A stretch of DNA of 64,000 bases, from the IMG/VR virus record IMGVR_UViG_3300045988_115476; one strand, given 5' to 3'. The stretch is from a virus. Both the position numbers and the translations under genes were made by a program. The stretch's first letter is position 1; every line of letters begins with the position of its first letter. Of this stretch, positions 49,487-60,233 are shown in pieces. The notes beneath the pieces are model-generated. The model was not told where the DNA came from. It worked only from the letters and a program-made list of their open reading frames with translations, and searched no databases.

Positions 49487-49560
49487 GGGGTTGCGACGTG
49501 GGCAGCTGATAAGCCACGAATAAACTTAGGACCGAGTGCGGTTTGAATCCGCACAACCCC
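49487..49560 (+). other. tRNA-like element lacking a credible anticodon arm
   Basis: GGGGTTG/CAACCCC; CGTGG...CCACG arm; TGCGG-TTTGAAT-CCGCA; ACAAG tail; 74 nt. Confidence 0.5.
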
Positions 49561-49604
49561 ACAAGTTCTTTTGAATCATATTTAATAATTTAACAGTAAA
49601 TAGA

Positions 49605-50450
49605 ATGGAGAATGACAATCCGGGGTATGAGGTCATGCAGATTCAGCAAGACCAAAGTATCATTCAGTTTGACGCAGTAGAGCGTGCAAACGTCGATTCG
49701 CAGGTAGCTACGGCAAAGCAATATCCAAGAGACATTGCAAGATGTGTAAATAACTCAATAGCCATGGCTACTATTGACTATGAGACCGCACAAAGTTGTG
49801 GGTATGCACTTCAACGTGGAGGAAAGCCTATTACTGGCCCGAGTGTTCATCTTGCCAAACTCATTGTCTCAAATTGGGGCAATATGAGGGCCGAAGCAAA
49901 GGTAGTCCAAGTTACAGACAAGCAGGTTATCAGCCGTGGTACTTGTTGGGATTTGGAAAACAATGTTGCTACTGCATTTGAGGTGCGACGCTCTATCATC
50001 GGTAAGAACGGCAATCGTTTCTCTGAAGACATGATTACTGTTACCGGTAACGCCGCTAACTCAATCGCCTATCGCAATGCGGTATTCTCTGTTATTCCAA
50101 AGGCAATTACGAACAAGGTATATCAAGCTGCCCAACATCTCATTACAGGCGACTTGTCCGATGAGGAAAAACTTGTCGCAAGACGCAAGAAGTGTATCGA
50201 CTTCTTCAAGGACGAGTATGGTATAACCGAGAACGAGGTTGTAATGCTCTGTGGCAAGCAGACCGTCAATCAGATCAAGGCAGACCAAATTGCCCTCCTT
50301 CTCGGTATTACTCAGTCTCTCAAAGATGGCGACACGACTGTCGAAGAGGTAATGAGGCCATATCGTGCCGAAGAGAACAAAAAGACCATAGCAAGCAAAG
50401 CTGCCGAAGCAGCAAAGGCAGATGTGGCCAAGAAGGAGGGGACGAAATGA
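49605..50450 (+). CDS. Single-strand annealing protein-like recombinase
   Basis: 281 aa immediately upstream of a YqaJ-like nuclease; GYALQRGGKPITGPSVHLAKLI. Confidence 0.55.
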   Translation: MENDNPGYEVMQIQQDQSIIQFDAVERANVDSQVATAKQYPRDIARCVNNSIAMATIDYETAQSCGYALQRGGKPITGPSVHLAKLIVSNWGNMRAEAKVVQVTDKQVISRGTCWDLENNVATAFEVRRSIIGKNGNRFSEDMITVTGNAANSIAYRNAVFSVIPKAITNKVYQAAQHLITGDLSDEEKLVARRKKCIDFFKDEYGITENEVVMLCGKQTVNQIKADQIALLLGITQSLKDGDTTVEEVMRPYRAEENKKTIASKAAEAAKADVAKKEGTK

Positions 50451-51145
50451 TCAATAACAACATTGAACAAAGAAGTTGTTCCTGGTACAGAAATCGGATC
50501 GGGAAAATAACTGGATCTAAAGTTGCCGACATTATGAAGTCCGGCCGCAAGAAAGATGAAGTTTTCTCCGAGACTGCAAAAGCGTATCTTTATCAAATTG
50601 CTGGCGAACGTCTTTTCAATCCCGCATTCTTGAATGATGATGATATTTTCCAAGACTATATCAATCAAGTCTCAGTAAATACCAAAGCAATGCAGTGGGG
50701 TGTTGACATGGAGGAACAAGCAAAGGCATGTTTCGTTCAACTCAACGAAGGAATGGAGATCGCGGAGGTTTCTTCTTGCAGCCACGACACCATCCCTCAT
50801 TTTGCGGCCTCGCCTGATGGTGCAATCTATGGCCGCGATGGTGGCGACATTAAGATCATTGAGGTGAAGTGCCCCAACATCAATACTTACATGAAGTACC
50901 GCACACTTATCCATGACGCAGCGTCGCTCAAGGAGACAGAGCCCAAGTACTATTGGCAAATGATGGCGGAGATGAGCTGCACGGGTGCAACCAGTGGCTA
51001 CTTCATCGTCTATTGCCCTTGGCTGTCAAAGCCTATTCATTGGGCCGAGATCCTCCGTAACGATGAGGATGTGAAGACGATGGAGGAGCGCGTGGTAATG
51101 GCAAACGATTACATTGACAACATAATCAACGGCAACGGAAAATGA
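50447..51145 (+). CDS. YqaJ-like viral recombinase/exonuclease
   Basis: SWYRNRIGKITGSKVADIM, AMQWGVDMEEQA, FAASPDGAI..IIEVKCP. Confidence 0.88.
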   Translation: MINNNIEQRSCSWYRNRIGKITGSKVADIMKSGRKKDEVFSETAKAYLYQIAGERLFNPAFLNDDDIFQDYINQVSVNTKAMQWGVDMEEQAKACFVQLNEGMEIAEVSSCSHDTIPHFAASPDGAIYGRDGGDIKIIEVKCPNINTYMKYRTLIHDAASLKETEPKYYWQMMAEMSCTGATSGYFIVYCPWLSKPIHWAEILRNDEDVKTMEERVVMANDYIDNIINGNGK

Positions 51146-51486
51146 AAGTAGAGGGTAGAATTTTGTACATCATGGACGTAAAGTCGGGTGTGTCAAAAAA
51201 CGGTAAAAATTGGAAGACTGTTGATTTCGTCGTGGAGATCCCGGGCCAATATCCGAAAAAAGTCTGCTTCAACCTGTTCGGCGAGGAAAGAGTTGCCACT
51301 TTTTGTGGCACCTGCAATGTTCAGGACGAGGTGGTCGTGGATTTTGAAATCGACGCTCAGGAGTATCTTGGGAAGTGGTACAACAAGGTTAGTGCGTGGA
51401 AAGTTGAGAAGATAGGTGGCGTGAATCGTCCGTCTTCGTCCCAGAACACGCAGGGCCGAAGAAATTGCGACGACTACCCGTTCTAA
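51142..51486 (+). CDS. DUF3127-like protein (OB-fold-like)
   Basis: WKTVDFVVEIPGQYPKKVCFNLFG ... EYLGKWYNKVSAWKVEKI. Confidence 0.75.
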   Translation: MKVEGRILYIMDVKSGVSKNGKNWKTVDFVVEIPGQYPKKVCFNLFGEERVATFCGTCNVQDEVVVDFEIDAQEYLGKWYNKVSAWKVEKIGGVNRPSSSQNTQGRRNCDDYPF

Positions 51487-51591
51487 CGTTATACCATTAC
51501 TTATATGAAGGAATAGAGGGAATGCGGTTCGTGGTTCACAACAATCCATTTTCTTTTTATTCCTTCATATACACTCACACAAACACGATAT

Positions 51592-52206
51592 ATGATGATC
51601 CATGACGCTCTATTTGAAAAGGTTGGCGATCCTATAACTATGGGCATCTTGTTCTATTTGGTACATACCTCTGACGTAAATGGCATAATAACTAAGAGTT
51701 ATTCTGAAATTGCGAAGGAGATTGGATATACCAAGAACAAGGTGTATCGCTGCATCCAAAAACTTGAATCACTCAATGCAGTAGAGATAACCGATCGACA
51801 CCAAGGAACGAAGGGAATCATAACCGTGTGCAACATTTCGTCCTACAAGCGAAAGACAACCTTGGCCAAGCATCCGTCTGCTGTGGAGAAGAAAGAAACT
51901 TCGAATAATGCCGATGATGTGTTCTTTGAGGATGAGAAAATGAACGAGGCCATTAAGAAGTGGCTCAGATACAAGAGTGAAAAGAAACAGACGTACAAGC
52001 CAGTTGGCCTTGAAGCTCTAAAGAAGAAGCTGATCAAGTTGTCAAGTGGCGACGGCGATATAGCCATGAAGGTTGTTGAGCAGTCTATGTCTAATAATTG
52101 GGCTGGTCTGTTTCCTCTGCGAGAGGAACGAAAGGATAGCAACCAAGACATTGGAATTGTTCTCCACAACTCGCAAGAAAAAGACTACAACAAAGGAAAA
52201 TGGTGA
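51592..52206 (+). CDS. Replication initiation-like HTH protein
   Basis: GILFYLVHTSDVNGIITKSYSEIAKEIGYTKNKVYRCIQKLESL. Confidence 0.6.
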   Translation: MMIHDALFEKVGDPITMGILFYLVHTSDVNGIITKSYSEIAKEIGYTKNKVYRCIQKLESLNAVEITDRHQGTKGIITVCNISSYKRKTTLAKHPSAVEKKETSNNADDVFFEDEKMNEAIKKWLRYKSEKKQTYKPVGLEALKKKLIKLSSGDGDIAMKVVEQSMSNNWAGLFPLREERKDSNQDIGIVLHNSQEKDYNKGKW

Positions 52207-52820
52207 TGGGTTTGAATTTTGAAGAAATCGTAAAAAGAAATCAAGAAGGCTTGGGTGTTGGTATGCCCAACATGGTTCGCATAAGAATACCTAACGCCAG
52301 GGACTTACTAAAGAGTGGCCTTGATTATTACGTCGATAAATTCTCACGGGGCGGAGCGCGGGAGGCCAAATGGCTTGACCGCAATTACGACCCTATTGTA
52401 GAATGGATGGAAGACAACAGGTGTGCAGGACTTTTGATGATTGGAAGTTGTGGCCTTGGCAAGTCACTAATCGGAAGATATGTCCTTCCTATCGTCATAA
52501 GAGAAAAGTGCAACAAAATCCTGAACGTATATAACGCCCAGGACTTGAGTAAGATTCCAGACGAAATACTTAGCCGACACCTTGTCTATATCGACGATTT
52601 GGGGACGGAGTGCGTGTCTAACATCTATGGCAACAAAAGGATTCCGTTCATTGAATTGTGTGATGCCGTTGAGCAAAAAGGGAAGTTGCTTATCTGTTCG
52701 ACAAATCTCACGATTGACGAGTTATCGGCAAAATACGGAGAGAGAACCATTGATAGACTTAGGGCCACCACAAAGGTTGTCCCATTTGTCGGAGAATCAT
52801 TAAGAGGGAAACATGGCTGA
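52200..52820 (+). CDS. DnaC-like helicase loader ATPase
   Basis: LLMIGSCGLGKSLIG Walker A, LVYIDDLG Walker B. Confidence 0.8.
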   Translation: MVMGLNFEEIVKRNQEGLGVGMPNMVRIRIPNARDLLKSGLDYYVDKFSRGGAREAKWLDRNYDPIVEWMEDNRCAGLLMIGSCGLGKSLIGRYVLPIVIREKCNKILNVYNAQDLSKIPDEILSRHLVYIDDLGTECVSNIYGNKRIPFIELCDAVEQKGKLLICSTNLTIDELSAKYGERTIDRLRATTKVVPFVGESLRGKHG

Positions 52821-52956
52821 CGTACACAAGCAGGCAGAAGACTGGGTTAGGGATCACCCAGACGCAACATTGAAAGAAGCATTCATTGCCGGGTATTGGC
52901 AGGAATGCGACAATTGGTGTTCACAAAATCGGTAGGAAACAAAACAGTATAAGAAT

Positions 52957-53211
52957 ATGAGAAATATAATCGACTTCACTTACGATGTAAGTAGCAAAGA
53001 AGCGTTCAGGCAAGTAGCAAAATACTCGTTCGTGATTTTGCGAAACACATGGCGTTCTATTGATGCCATGGCGCATAAGTACCCGTGGGTTCTTGTTGGT
53101 GTGACTATTGCCGTATCGTTATTGATTTGTACGGCTATTGTCGGAAACGAGCGTGCAGAAAGAAATGGACTTGACCATGAAATTGTCGAACTTAAAATGA
53201 AGGGAGAATGA
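52957..53211 (+). CDS. Small membrane protein
   Basis: YPWVLVGVTIAVSLLICTAIV helix. Confidence 0.5.
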   Translation: MRNIIDFTYDVSSKEAFRQVAKYSFVILRNTWRSIDAMAHKYPWVLVGVTIAVSLLICTAIVGNERAERNGLDHEIVELKMKGE

Positions 53212-53543
53212 GCAAGGAATATATCACCAGTACTTACGGAATACGGATCTATATCTGCTGTGCTTCTTGTCACAAAAATGTGCATGGGAAAGGTTGTAAA
53301 TTTAAAGTCGAAGGCGTCAAAGGTTGCTCAAACTGGGAGCCTCGGTATATCAATACGAAGCAAACGATACTCAATGCTGGCAAAGGTGGCGGCAATGTGA
53401 AAACCATCGAGTATTTCAGATGGAAGATGTTCATTTGCCCGCTTCCTCCCATGCTCCTTGGTGAGACCCTGACGTCATACAACGAAAGGCTTCACAAATT
53501 ATACGAGAAAGAAACGGGGAAACCGGTATATTATAACATGTAG
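53208..53543 (+). CDS. Hypothetical protein
   Basis: 111 aa; paired Cys. Confidence 0.5.
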   Translation: MSKEYITSTYGIRIYICCASCHKNVHGKGCKFKVEGVKGCSNWEPRYINTKQTILNAGKGGGNVKTIEYFRWKMFICPLPPMLLGETLTSYNERLHKLYEKETGKPVYYNM

Positions 53544-54295
53544 TGAAAATGGAGTTTGAGGATTTAGTCAAAATTATAAACGACCAAATATTCGTCGTTG
53601 CTGAGAAAATAGAGGATGAGGATGGGAATGTAAACGTTGACTTGCTTCTGGCAGGAATAGCGTTTTCGTCCACTTCGCTACTGAAAAGTGCTTCGTTTGG
53701 TGACAATAAGGCGTTTTCTAATAGTGTCGATATTTTCTGTGATGTAATCAAAAGCATGGCAGAAAAGTTCATTGAAGAGGACAAGAAAAGAAACTGATTC
53801 AACATGCAGACAGATATTTCCATTGGCAACGCTCTCAAGTTGGATTCAAACACCATCTAAATTTCTACCAAAAGGACACCTGGAGAGCACGCCAAGGAAA
53901 AGAGTGAACTAAGTACTTTGGCAGGAAAGCTCCTCTTCTGACCGCTTGACAGAGGAGCAAGAAAACGAAATAGCGGAGAACATATACGATTGGTGGATTT
54001 CCGGCGTGTCATACAAGAAATGGTACGCACAGAAATTCCTACAACTTAAATTTAACTTTGATGAAGATGGAGAAACGAACTAAACGAGACAAGGGCCTTG
54101 ATGTGATATATTTGATCACTACGGTACAAATCGCCCTTATCGTGTTGTATTGCACGGGACTGATAGAATGGCCCGTATGGGTGGTATTACTGCCTATGTT
54201 TGTGGTTGCAGTATGTGGGATGATATTCCTGCTTATCGCATGCGTAGCAGCGGCTATAATGCTAACAATGGTCTTTATTAAACGGAGAAAGGGAA

Positions 54296-55096
54296 ATGAT
54301 AGCAAAAGCAATACAAAAGGTTAGCATAGCCGATTCGCACGGGAAAAGAACCACGCTATATGTACCCGGACATGTGACGAAACAAAACCTTGCCGACGCA
54401 ATGCATGTGGCAGAGTTTCAGTCTATCAAGTTTTGCGGTATGTTTACGCAATTCGTTTATCACGCATACATAGAGTGCATAGACTGGTTTAGGTTCAAAA
54501 AACCGAAGTCGTTCTCTCCTATCGTAAAAGATTACTTGTCACGCATTGAACGAAGCCTGAAACGGCACACGGACTACCAAACATCTTTGGTTGACAAAGA
54601 CTTCATGGATCCTTATTTTGGAAGGCTTATAAGTAACAGCATAGGCAACTTCCGTAATCTAAGGTCTGCCATGTACGACGTGACGAAGAAATACATGGAT
54701 GCAGAAAAGGCTCTCGATGCGTCTTTTGTCGGACTTGTATATGTTCTCGCATGCTCCGAATGTGCGGTCATGGACAGGATAATAGACATAACCAAGGAAT
54801 GTCGTGGCGTCAATCTCAAAGATTCGCTCAGAACATACCGCATTGACGACATTATTCAGCTTGCCGAAAGATTGCTAAAAGAGAACTGGGGCTTTGATGT
54901 CAATCAACACGAAGAAGAGGTGAAAAGCGCGACTGAATACTTGGTGAACGATCTGTGCGAAACGACACTGAACGAAGAAGCCGAGGAAAGCGCAGTTGCC
55001 GAGGCGTTTGAGGATATGGACGAAAACAAGAAGAAGTTGCTCTCAAGCATGGGGGTATTTGTGGAATCTAAGAACGGAAATGATGGGAAGGAGTAA
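54296..55096 (+). CDS. Hypothetical protein
   Basis: 266 aa. Confidence 0.55.
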   Translation: MIAKAIQKVSIADSHGKRTTLYVPGHVTKQNLADAMHVAEFQSIKFCGMFTQFVYHAYIECIDWFRFKKPKSFSPIVKDYLSRIERSLKRHTDYQTSLVDKDFMDPYFGRLISNSIGNFRNLRSAMYDVTKKYMDAEKALDASFVGLVYVLACSECAVMDRIIDITKECRGVNLKDSLRTYRIDDIIQLAERLLKENWGFDVNQHEEEVKSATEYLVNDLCETTLNEEAEESAVAEAFEDMDENKKKLLSSMGVFVESKNGNDGKE

Positions 55097-55443
55097 AACA
55101 AAAAGATTCAAGATTGAGCTGATCGACGGAAGTATCATGAGGCTCCGGGCAGCCAATTATCCTGACGCAATAGAAAAGGCTGAGACCATGAGCGGAAAGC
55201 CTATCGTCTCTATTGAAACATACTAAATGATAAAACAATATGAAAGCAGTATTGACAATGAGTAACGGCCAAAGGGTCATTGCAGATTTGCTTACCCCCC
55301 CCATTCGCAAAAAGTATGAGACACAAACAGAATTGGAGTGTCGCATAATGGATAGTATGAACAAGTCCCAACCCAATATGGTTAACAAGGTCGTAAAGGT
55401 TCATCTGTTACGCAATTAAATAACAATTAAATATACAAAGACA

Positions 55444-55665
55444 ATGACAGAAGATAAAATCGGAAGGGTATTGGATTTGACCAATCATCGTTGGGAGCTC
55501 CAAGTAGTTAAAGACATTATTACTTGTGATCAGAAATACGAGTTGCGAATTGTTAGTCCATCAAACAAGACTGGGGTTCATTTACCGAGGATTTTGCGAG
55601 AGGAGCTTGAAAGATACATAGAAAGGCGTATAGAAACCGTCAACAAAGAACTGAAAGAGTTGTAG
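55444..55665 (+). CDS. Hypothetical protein
   Basis: 73 aa. Confidence 0.45.
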   Translation: MTEDKIGRVLDLTNHRWELQVVKDIITCDQKYELRIVSPSNKTGVHLPRILREELERYIERRIETVNKELKEL

Positions 55666-55706
55666 TAGCTCCGTTCTCAGTTGCGTAAAACATAAGCGTT
55701 AAAGAT

Positions 55707-56270
55707 ATGGATACATTAAACATTGACAAAGAGAAGGTGATTGAAGCCTACAAGCAGGGAAGCGAAAAGGAGAAGAAAGTTCTTGAACTATTGTTCGGCA
55801 TGGAAACATTTAGGCCGAAGAACGTTATGGAAAGGGTTAAGACGTTCGATGATGCGTGCCGTGAGTTGGGCAAAGACCATCCATTTGTCCTCGCATATCA
55901 GAACACTAATCTGCGTGACCCCGAGGTTGCATATGATAACAAAGATGTTCTTACATACTTGAAGCTCCGAATCATCACCGCCGCGCTGAATGAGGGATGG
56001 ACACCGAAGCTCATAGAAGGCGAGAAACGATACTCTCCATGTTTTTTCCTTTATACCGATAAAGAGATTAGGAACATGTCGAAAGAAGAAAAGTCCCGTG
56101 TGGTCTATCAGTCGTGCGACTATGCGAGTGGCGGTGTGTCGCTTGCGTTTACGAATTGCGATACAACGACTGTGCGCTTTGGGTCTCGGCTTGCCTTTAA
56201 AACAAGCGAACTTGCTGAATATGCAGGAAAACAGTTTTGCAAACTGTATGCTAATTATTTGGGCATTTAA
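55707..56270 (+). CDS. Paralogue family member 1 (GSRLAFKTSELAEYAGKQF)
   Basis: Shares ITAALNEGW...YTDKEI..MSKEEKS and C-terminal GSRLAFK..GKQF with 58024-58488. Confidence 0.6.
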   Translation: MDTLNIDKEKVIEAYKQGSEKEKKVLELLFGMETFRPKNVMERVKTFDDACRELGKDHPFVLAYQNTNLRDPEVAYDNKDVLTYLKLRIITAALNEGWTPKLIEGEKRYSPCFFLYTDKEIRNMSKEEKSRVVYQSCDYASGGVSLAFTNCDTTTVRFGSRLAFKTSELAEYAGKQFCKLYANYLGI

Positions 56271-56705
56271 AAAGAACCGTATTCCCTGCTACGGGGCATA
56301 CACTAACACATCAATAAAATGAAAATCGGAGATACAAAAAAGCTGTCGGCCATCACAATGGATGATCTTGAGAATTTGGGTATTAAGTTCATCCATTGCG
56401 ACGCAAGCGATGCACTTATGGGTGTAAGTGAGAGCCATTTGCACGAAATAAAATCTATGCTCATTAACCGATACGGTGACTTTGAAGTTCGTGCCGTTTC
56501 TGACCAGTGGGGCGTGAAGCTCGAATACTTGTGCGAACAGTTTAACAATGACAAGCGAGCCTTCTATGAAAAGAAAAAGGCATGGTGCGAGAAGTATGGG
56601 TGCGAGTAAGCCGATAGATGGCGTACAGGGTATGAACGAGGGATCCGTGGGTGCTTTATAGGGTAAAGTAATTATCGTTCATTACAGGGCATAAAAACAA
56701 CGAAT

Positions 56706-57233
56706 ATGGAAAAATACAGTATTACAGTATATTCTGATGCGGTTGCTTGCTTGGCAAACAACATGCTGAGGGGCTATCATGGGAAAGAGTTGCACGCTGG
56801 AGTAAATTACACAAGCGATTCGCAAGTGTATGAATGCGCAAAGAGGCTGGAAGGGCAGAACGTTGGGGTCGTGACTGATACGATGGGCAAGGACTTCGAC
56901 ATACGGAAGGAGTTTAGCAAGTTTCGTTTTGTGGACGGGTTTAGCGTATTTTTGGAAGAAGAAAGCGAGTATTACACCCTTACTTTGTACTATCAAAATA
57001 CGGAACTTGTTAATATCACCTTCGATGACGGATTAAAGAATTCAGATAAAAAGTATATGGTTTATATTAACCAGCCAAATTGCGAAAACGGAGAACATGG
57101 TTTTGTGGAGCGCAAGGAAAAATCGGACAAGCAGCACGTTTTTCTCGAAACAAACTCCGCAAAGGTGGCCTTCAACATGGTAAACAGAATAGTAGCAAAT
57201 ATGCGCTATCCAAAAGCGAAATACGTTTGGTAA
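56706..57233 (+). CDS. Hypothetical protein
   Basis: 175 aa. Confidence 0.5.
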   Translation: MEKYSITVYSDAVACLANNMLRGYHGKELHAGVNYTSDSQVYECAKRLEGQNVGVVTDTMGKDFDIRKEFSKFRFVDGFSVFLEEESEYYTLTLYYQNTELVNITFDDGLKNSDKKYMVYINQPNCENGEHGFVERKEKSDKQHVFLETNSAKVAFNMVNRIVANMRYPKAKYVW

Positions 57234-57256
57234 AACGATATAGAAATTGAAAGAAC

Positions 57257-57772
57257 ATGGATTACAACAAGTTAGCAAAAGAAGCCCACGAAAACGCCGT
57301 GAAGCACGGCTTTTGGGAAATGCAAGTTAGCATGATGCACTGTTTAATGCTTATCATTTCTGAGATAGGCGAAATGGTGGAAGCGGACAGAAGTGGAAGG
57401 CGTGCCAACTATGCCAAGTACAATGGCAACGGTGGCAAGGACTTCGAGGCCCTAATCAAGGACACCGTGGAGGACGAGATGGCCGACGTGGTTATTCGCC
57501 TCGGCGACCTCGCAGGTGCTTTGCATGTGGATTTTAAAGAGGGTGAGATTTTCATAATTGACCACCAGTTTGAAAAAGACACGTTTACGGAAAATGCTTT
57601 TATTTTGACAAAAGGTCTGTGCTGCGATCATGGAATGCAAGACCGCATACGCTTTGCCCTTGCATACGTCACGAAATGGGCAAAGTACATGGGCGTGGAT
57701 TTGGAATGGCACGTTGAGGAAAAGATGAAGTACAATGCAACACGCCCGCCGAAGCACGGGAAGGCGTATTAA
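57257..57772 (+). CDS. MazG-like NTP pyrophosphohydrolase
   Basis: CLMLIISEIGEMVEA ... VEDEMADVVIRLGDLAG. Confidence 0.85.
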   Translation: MDYNKLAKEAHENAVKHGFWEMQVSMMHCLMLIISEIGEMVEADRSGRRANYAKYNGNGGKDFEALIKDTVEDEMADVVIRLGDLAGALHVDFKEGEIFIIDHQFEKDTFTENAFILTKGLCCDHGMQDRIRFALAYVTKWAKYMGVDLEWHVEEKMKYNATRPPKHGKAY

Positions 57773-57941
57773 CCAAAATAACAATGAAAAAATCAGAGGT
57801 TTGGCACGACACATACGAAAATCCGACTAAACGTGGATCGGATTTGTATTTTCTTTACGATGATGGAAAGATTGACTTTTATTCACGTTGGAGTTGTTGT
57901 CTCGATATGAGGTCGTATTGTTGTACTGTTGGGTGTAAAGC

Positions 57942-58010
57942 GTGGGCCTATGCGTCCGACATTCTAAATCTATAATAATAACGGACAGCGGGTATTGCGC
58001 CCGCTTCCAC
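57942..58010 (+). other. T-arm-like three-way-junction element
   Basis: GTGGG; GTCCG...CGGAC; GCGGG-TATTGCG-CCCGC; TCCAC. Confidence 0.4.
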
Positions 58011-58023
58011 AACAAACAAATAC

Positions 58024-58488
58024 ATGGACAAATCTAAAAAGAATATAACGAATAGAATCAAGACGTTTGACGACGCCCTGGAAGAGCTCGGGCCGAATCA
58101 TTCATTGGTCAAGGAGTACGAGGCTATTTGCAAGGCAGACGTTACAGAAAACACGATAGTTTATTCAAGGCTATGCGTTATAACCGCCGCAATGAATGAG
58201 GGATGGAGGCCCAGGTTTGTAAAAGAAGAGTATCGGTATTTTCCGTATTTTTACCTTTATACAAACGAAGAGATTAGCCGAATGTCGGAAGAAGAAAAGT
58301 CCAGTGTGGTCTTTCGGTCGAACAGCAGCGCGTATGCGTATGGCGGTGTGGCGTATGCGTGTGCGTATAACGATTCCGTGTACGTCGCGAACGTCGGGTC
58401 TCGGCTTGCCTTCAAAACAGAAGAACTTGCAGAATATGCAGGAAAGCAGTTTACCAAACTGTATGCGGAATATTTGCTGAAAGCATGA
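58024..58488 (+). CDS. Paralogue family member 2
   Basis: VANVGSRLAFKTEELAEYAGKQFTKLYAEYLLKA. Confidence 0.6.
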   Translation: MDKSKKNITNRIKTFDDALEELGPNHSLVKEYEAICKADVTENTIVYSRLCVITAAMNEGWRPRFVKEEYRYFPYFYLYTNEEISRMSEEEKSSVVFRSNSSAYAYGGVAYACAYNDSVYVANVGSRLAFKTEELAEYAGKQFTKLYAEYLLKA

Positions 58489-58563
58489 CGGAATACGAGA
58501 TTGCATGAGGTGCGCTTTGTTTGCGCAATGGAAAAGAAGCGAAATGAATCAATAAAAATAGTT

Positions 58564-59193
58564 ATGAAAAAGTACATTATCAAAAACGCTGACGGGAGCG
58601 AGCAACATGTGATGGAAGCCGTCCACGCTTCAAGCAAAGAAGCAGGACAAACGTTGTGGGACTATCTTTTAGACCGTAACGACGGTGGCGCTTTGGACAG
58701 ATATGACGAAGGTTGGGTATCACCGTTTGACTTCATCATTGAAGAAGAGGAATGCAAGGACGTGAGCGAAGTAATCACGGACTTCGAGAGCGCAAGAGAA
58801 TACCTTGGCTTGAAGCCGAACGAGGACTTTACAGTAGTGAAGAAACGTTTTTCTGAAAACACAACAAATCTTGCAGACGTGGCGCAATTTGTGGACGACC
58901 TCAACCAAAAGCACATTGAGGCGCTGATTGCCTTAAACAAGTTGTTCACCATCGCACAGGCATGGAACAAGGAAGATGGATTTGTACCCGATTTCTCGGA
59001 TTGGAATCAAGACAAGTGGTATCCGTGGTTCAAATATGACGAGGATGCTGCGGGGTTCGTGTACGCGAGTACGAATAACACGCTTACGCATGCGTATGCG
59101 AATGTCGGTTCTCGGCTTTGCTTCAAATCGTCCGCGCGCGCCGCGCAATTCGGCAAGCAATTCGCCGACATTTACAACAAAGTTTTCCTGTAA
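58564..59193 (+). CDS. Paralogue family member 3
   Basis: YANVGSRLCFKSSARAAQFGKQFADIYNKVFL. Confidence 0.6.
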   Translation: MKKYIIKNADGSEQHVMEAVHASSKEAGQTLWDYLLDRNDGGALDRYDEGWVSPFDFIIEEEECKDVSEVITDFESAREYLGLKPNEDFTVVKKRFSENTTNLADVAQFVDDLNQKHIEALIALNKLFTIAQAWNKEDGFVPDFSDWNQDKWYPWFKYDEDAAGFVYASTNNTLTHAYANVGSRLCFKSSARAAQFGKQFADIYNKVFL

Positions 59194-59746
59194 AACACAT
59201 ACTAAACAGAGAAAAAATAAAGTATGGATTTAGAATATATGAAACAACTTCGCAATATGTATGCGGAGCAGCATATTGTCTCAAAAGAGTTTTTGAATGA
59301 ATTGAAAAAGGCTGTATGTGACAATGAGGCAAAGATAACACCCCAAGAAGAACATCCTTGGGCCGAAACATTCGACAGCTATATGGGAATGACACGCCAG
59401 CAACGCAGAGCATACGAAAGAAGACTTGCGAAAGCGAGTAGAAAAAAGTATTAACTAACAGAAGCAACAATGAATAGAAGGCAAAGGAAAAAATATAGAT
59501 GCGTTGCACATCTATGCGCACATAACAAGTCCTATAAGGAGCAAGTTCCATATTGTGGCTACCATATTACTCGCACATATTTTATATGCGCACGACAACC
59601 ACAATACACACTTCATTTCGTAGATGAACTTGGAAAATGTAGTTTTGAAATCTGCGAAAAATGCAAGTCTTTCACACTCTCGCGCGACACAATGAGACTT
59701 GGGCGAGAATGGAGATTCTCTCGTTTAAAATACAAAAATAAGAGAT

Positions 59747-60202
59747 ATGATTAAACCAGAAAACCTTAGAATAGGCGACCTTGTAAGGGTAAGTGTCAAG
59801 TGTGCATTTGATAAAGGCACAATATGTACTGTAGTTGCAGTCAGTAATGTGTTTTACTGTAAGAAACAAAGGGGAATAGTTGAATTGAGACCTATCAATA
59901 GTTATGAAATGCCACAAGGAGTAGGGAGCTGTGATATTGAAGGTATTCCACTTACACCAGCAATCCTCGAAAAAAATGGGTTTTATTCCAAAGAGCCACG
60001 AAAATGCTACATCAAGTATATTGGTGGTTCGTCAAGATTCCTTTGCCGATATTTCTATATCGAACGCACATATTTCGGATGGGTAGTATTCCTCAAGACT
60101 GAATGGCTTTCAGATTCAGTTCCTGTGTGCCAAATTCGGTATGTACATGAGCTTCAACACATCCTTTGGGCAATGGGTATTGATGCAGGGTTTGAAATAT
60201 AA
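59747..60202 (+). CDS. Hypothetical protein
   Basis: 151 aa. Confidence 0.5.
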   Translation: MIKPENLRIGDLVRVSVKCAFDKGTICTVVAVSNVFYCKKQRGIVELRPINSYEMPQGVGSCDIEGIPLTPAILEKNGFYSKEPRKCYIKYIGGSSRFLCRYFYIERTYFGWVVFLKTEWLSDSVPVCQIRYVHELQHILWAMGIDAGFEI

Positions 60203-60233
60203 ATGCAAATATCACTCACTCATGTTTTGTTAG

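Noticed and set aside
49487-49560. Canonical tRNA gene
   Set aside because: The 7-bp acceptor and T-arm are good, but no plausible anticodon stem/loop or U33 can be drawn. Kept only as a tRNA-like element.
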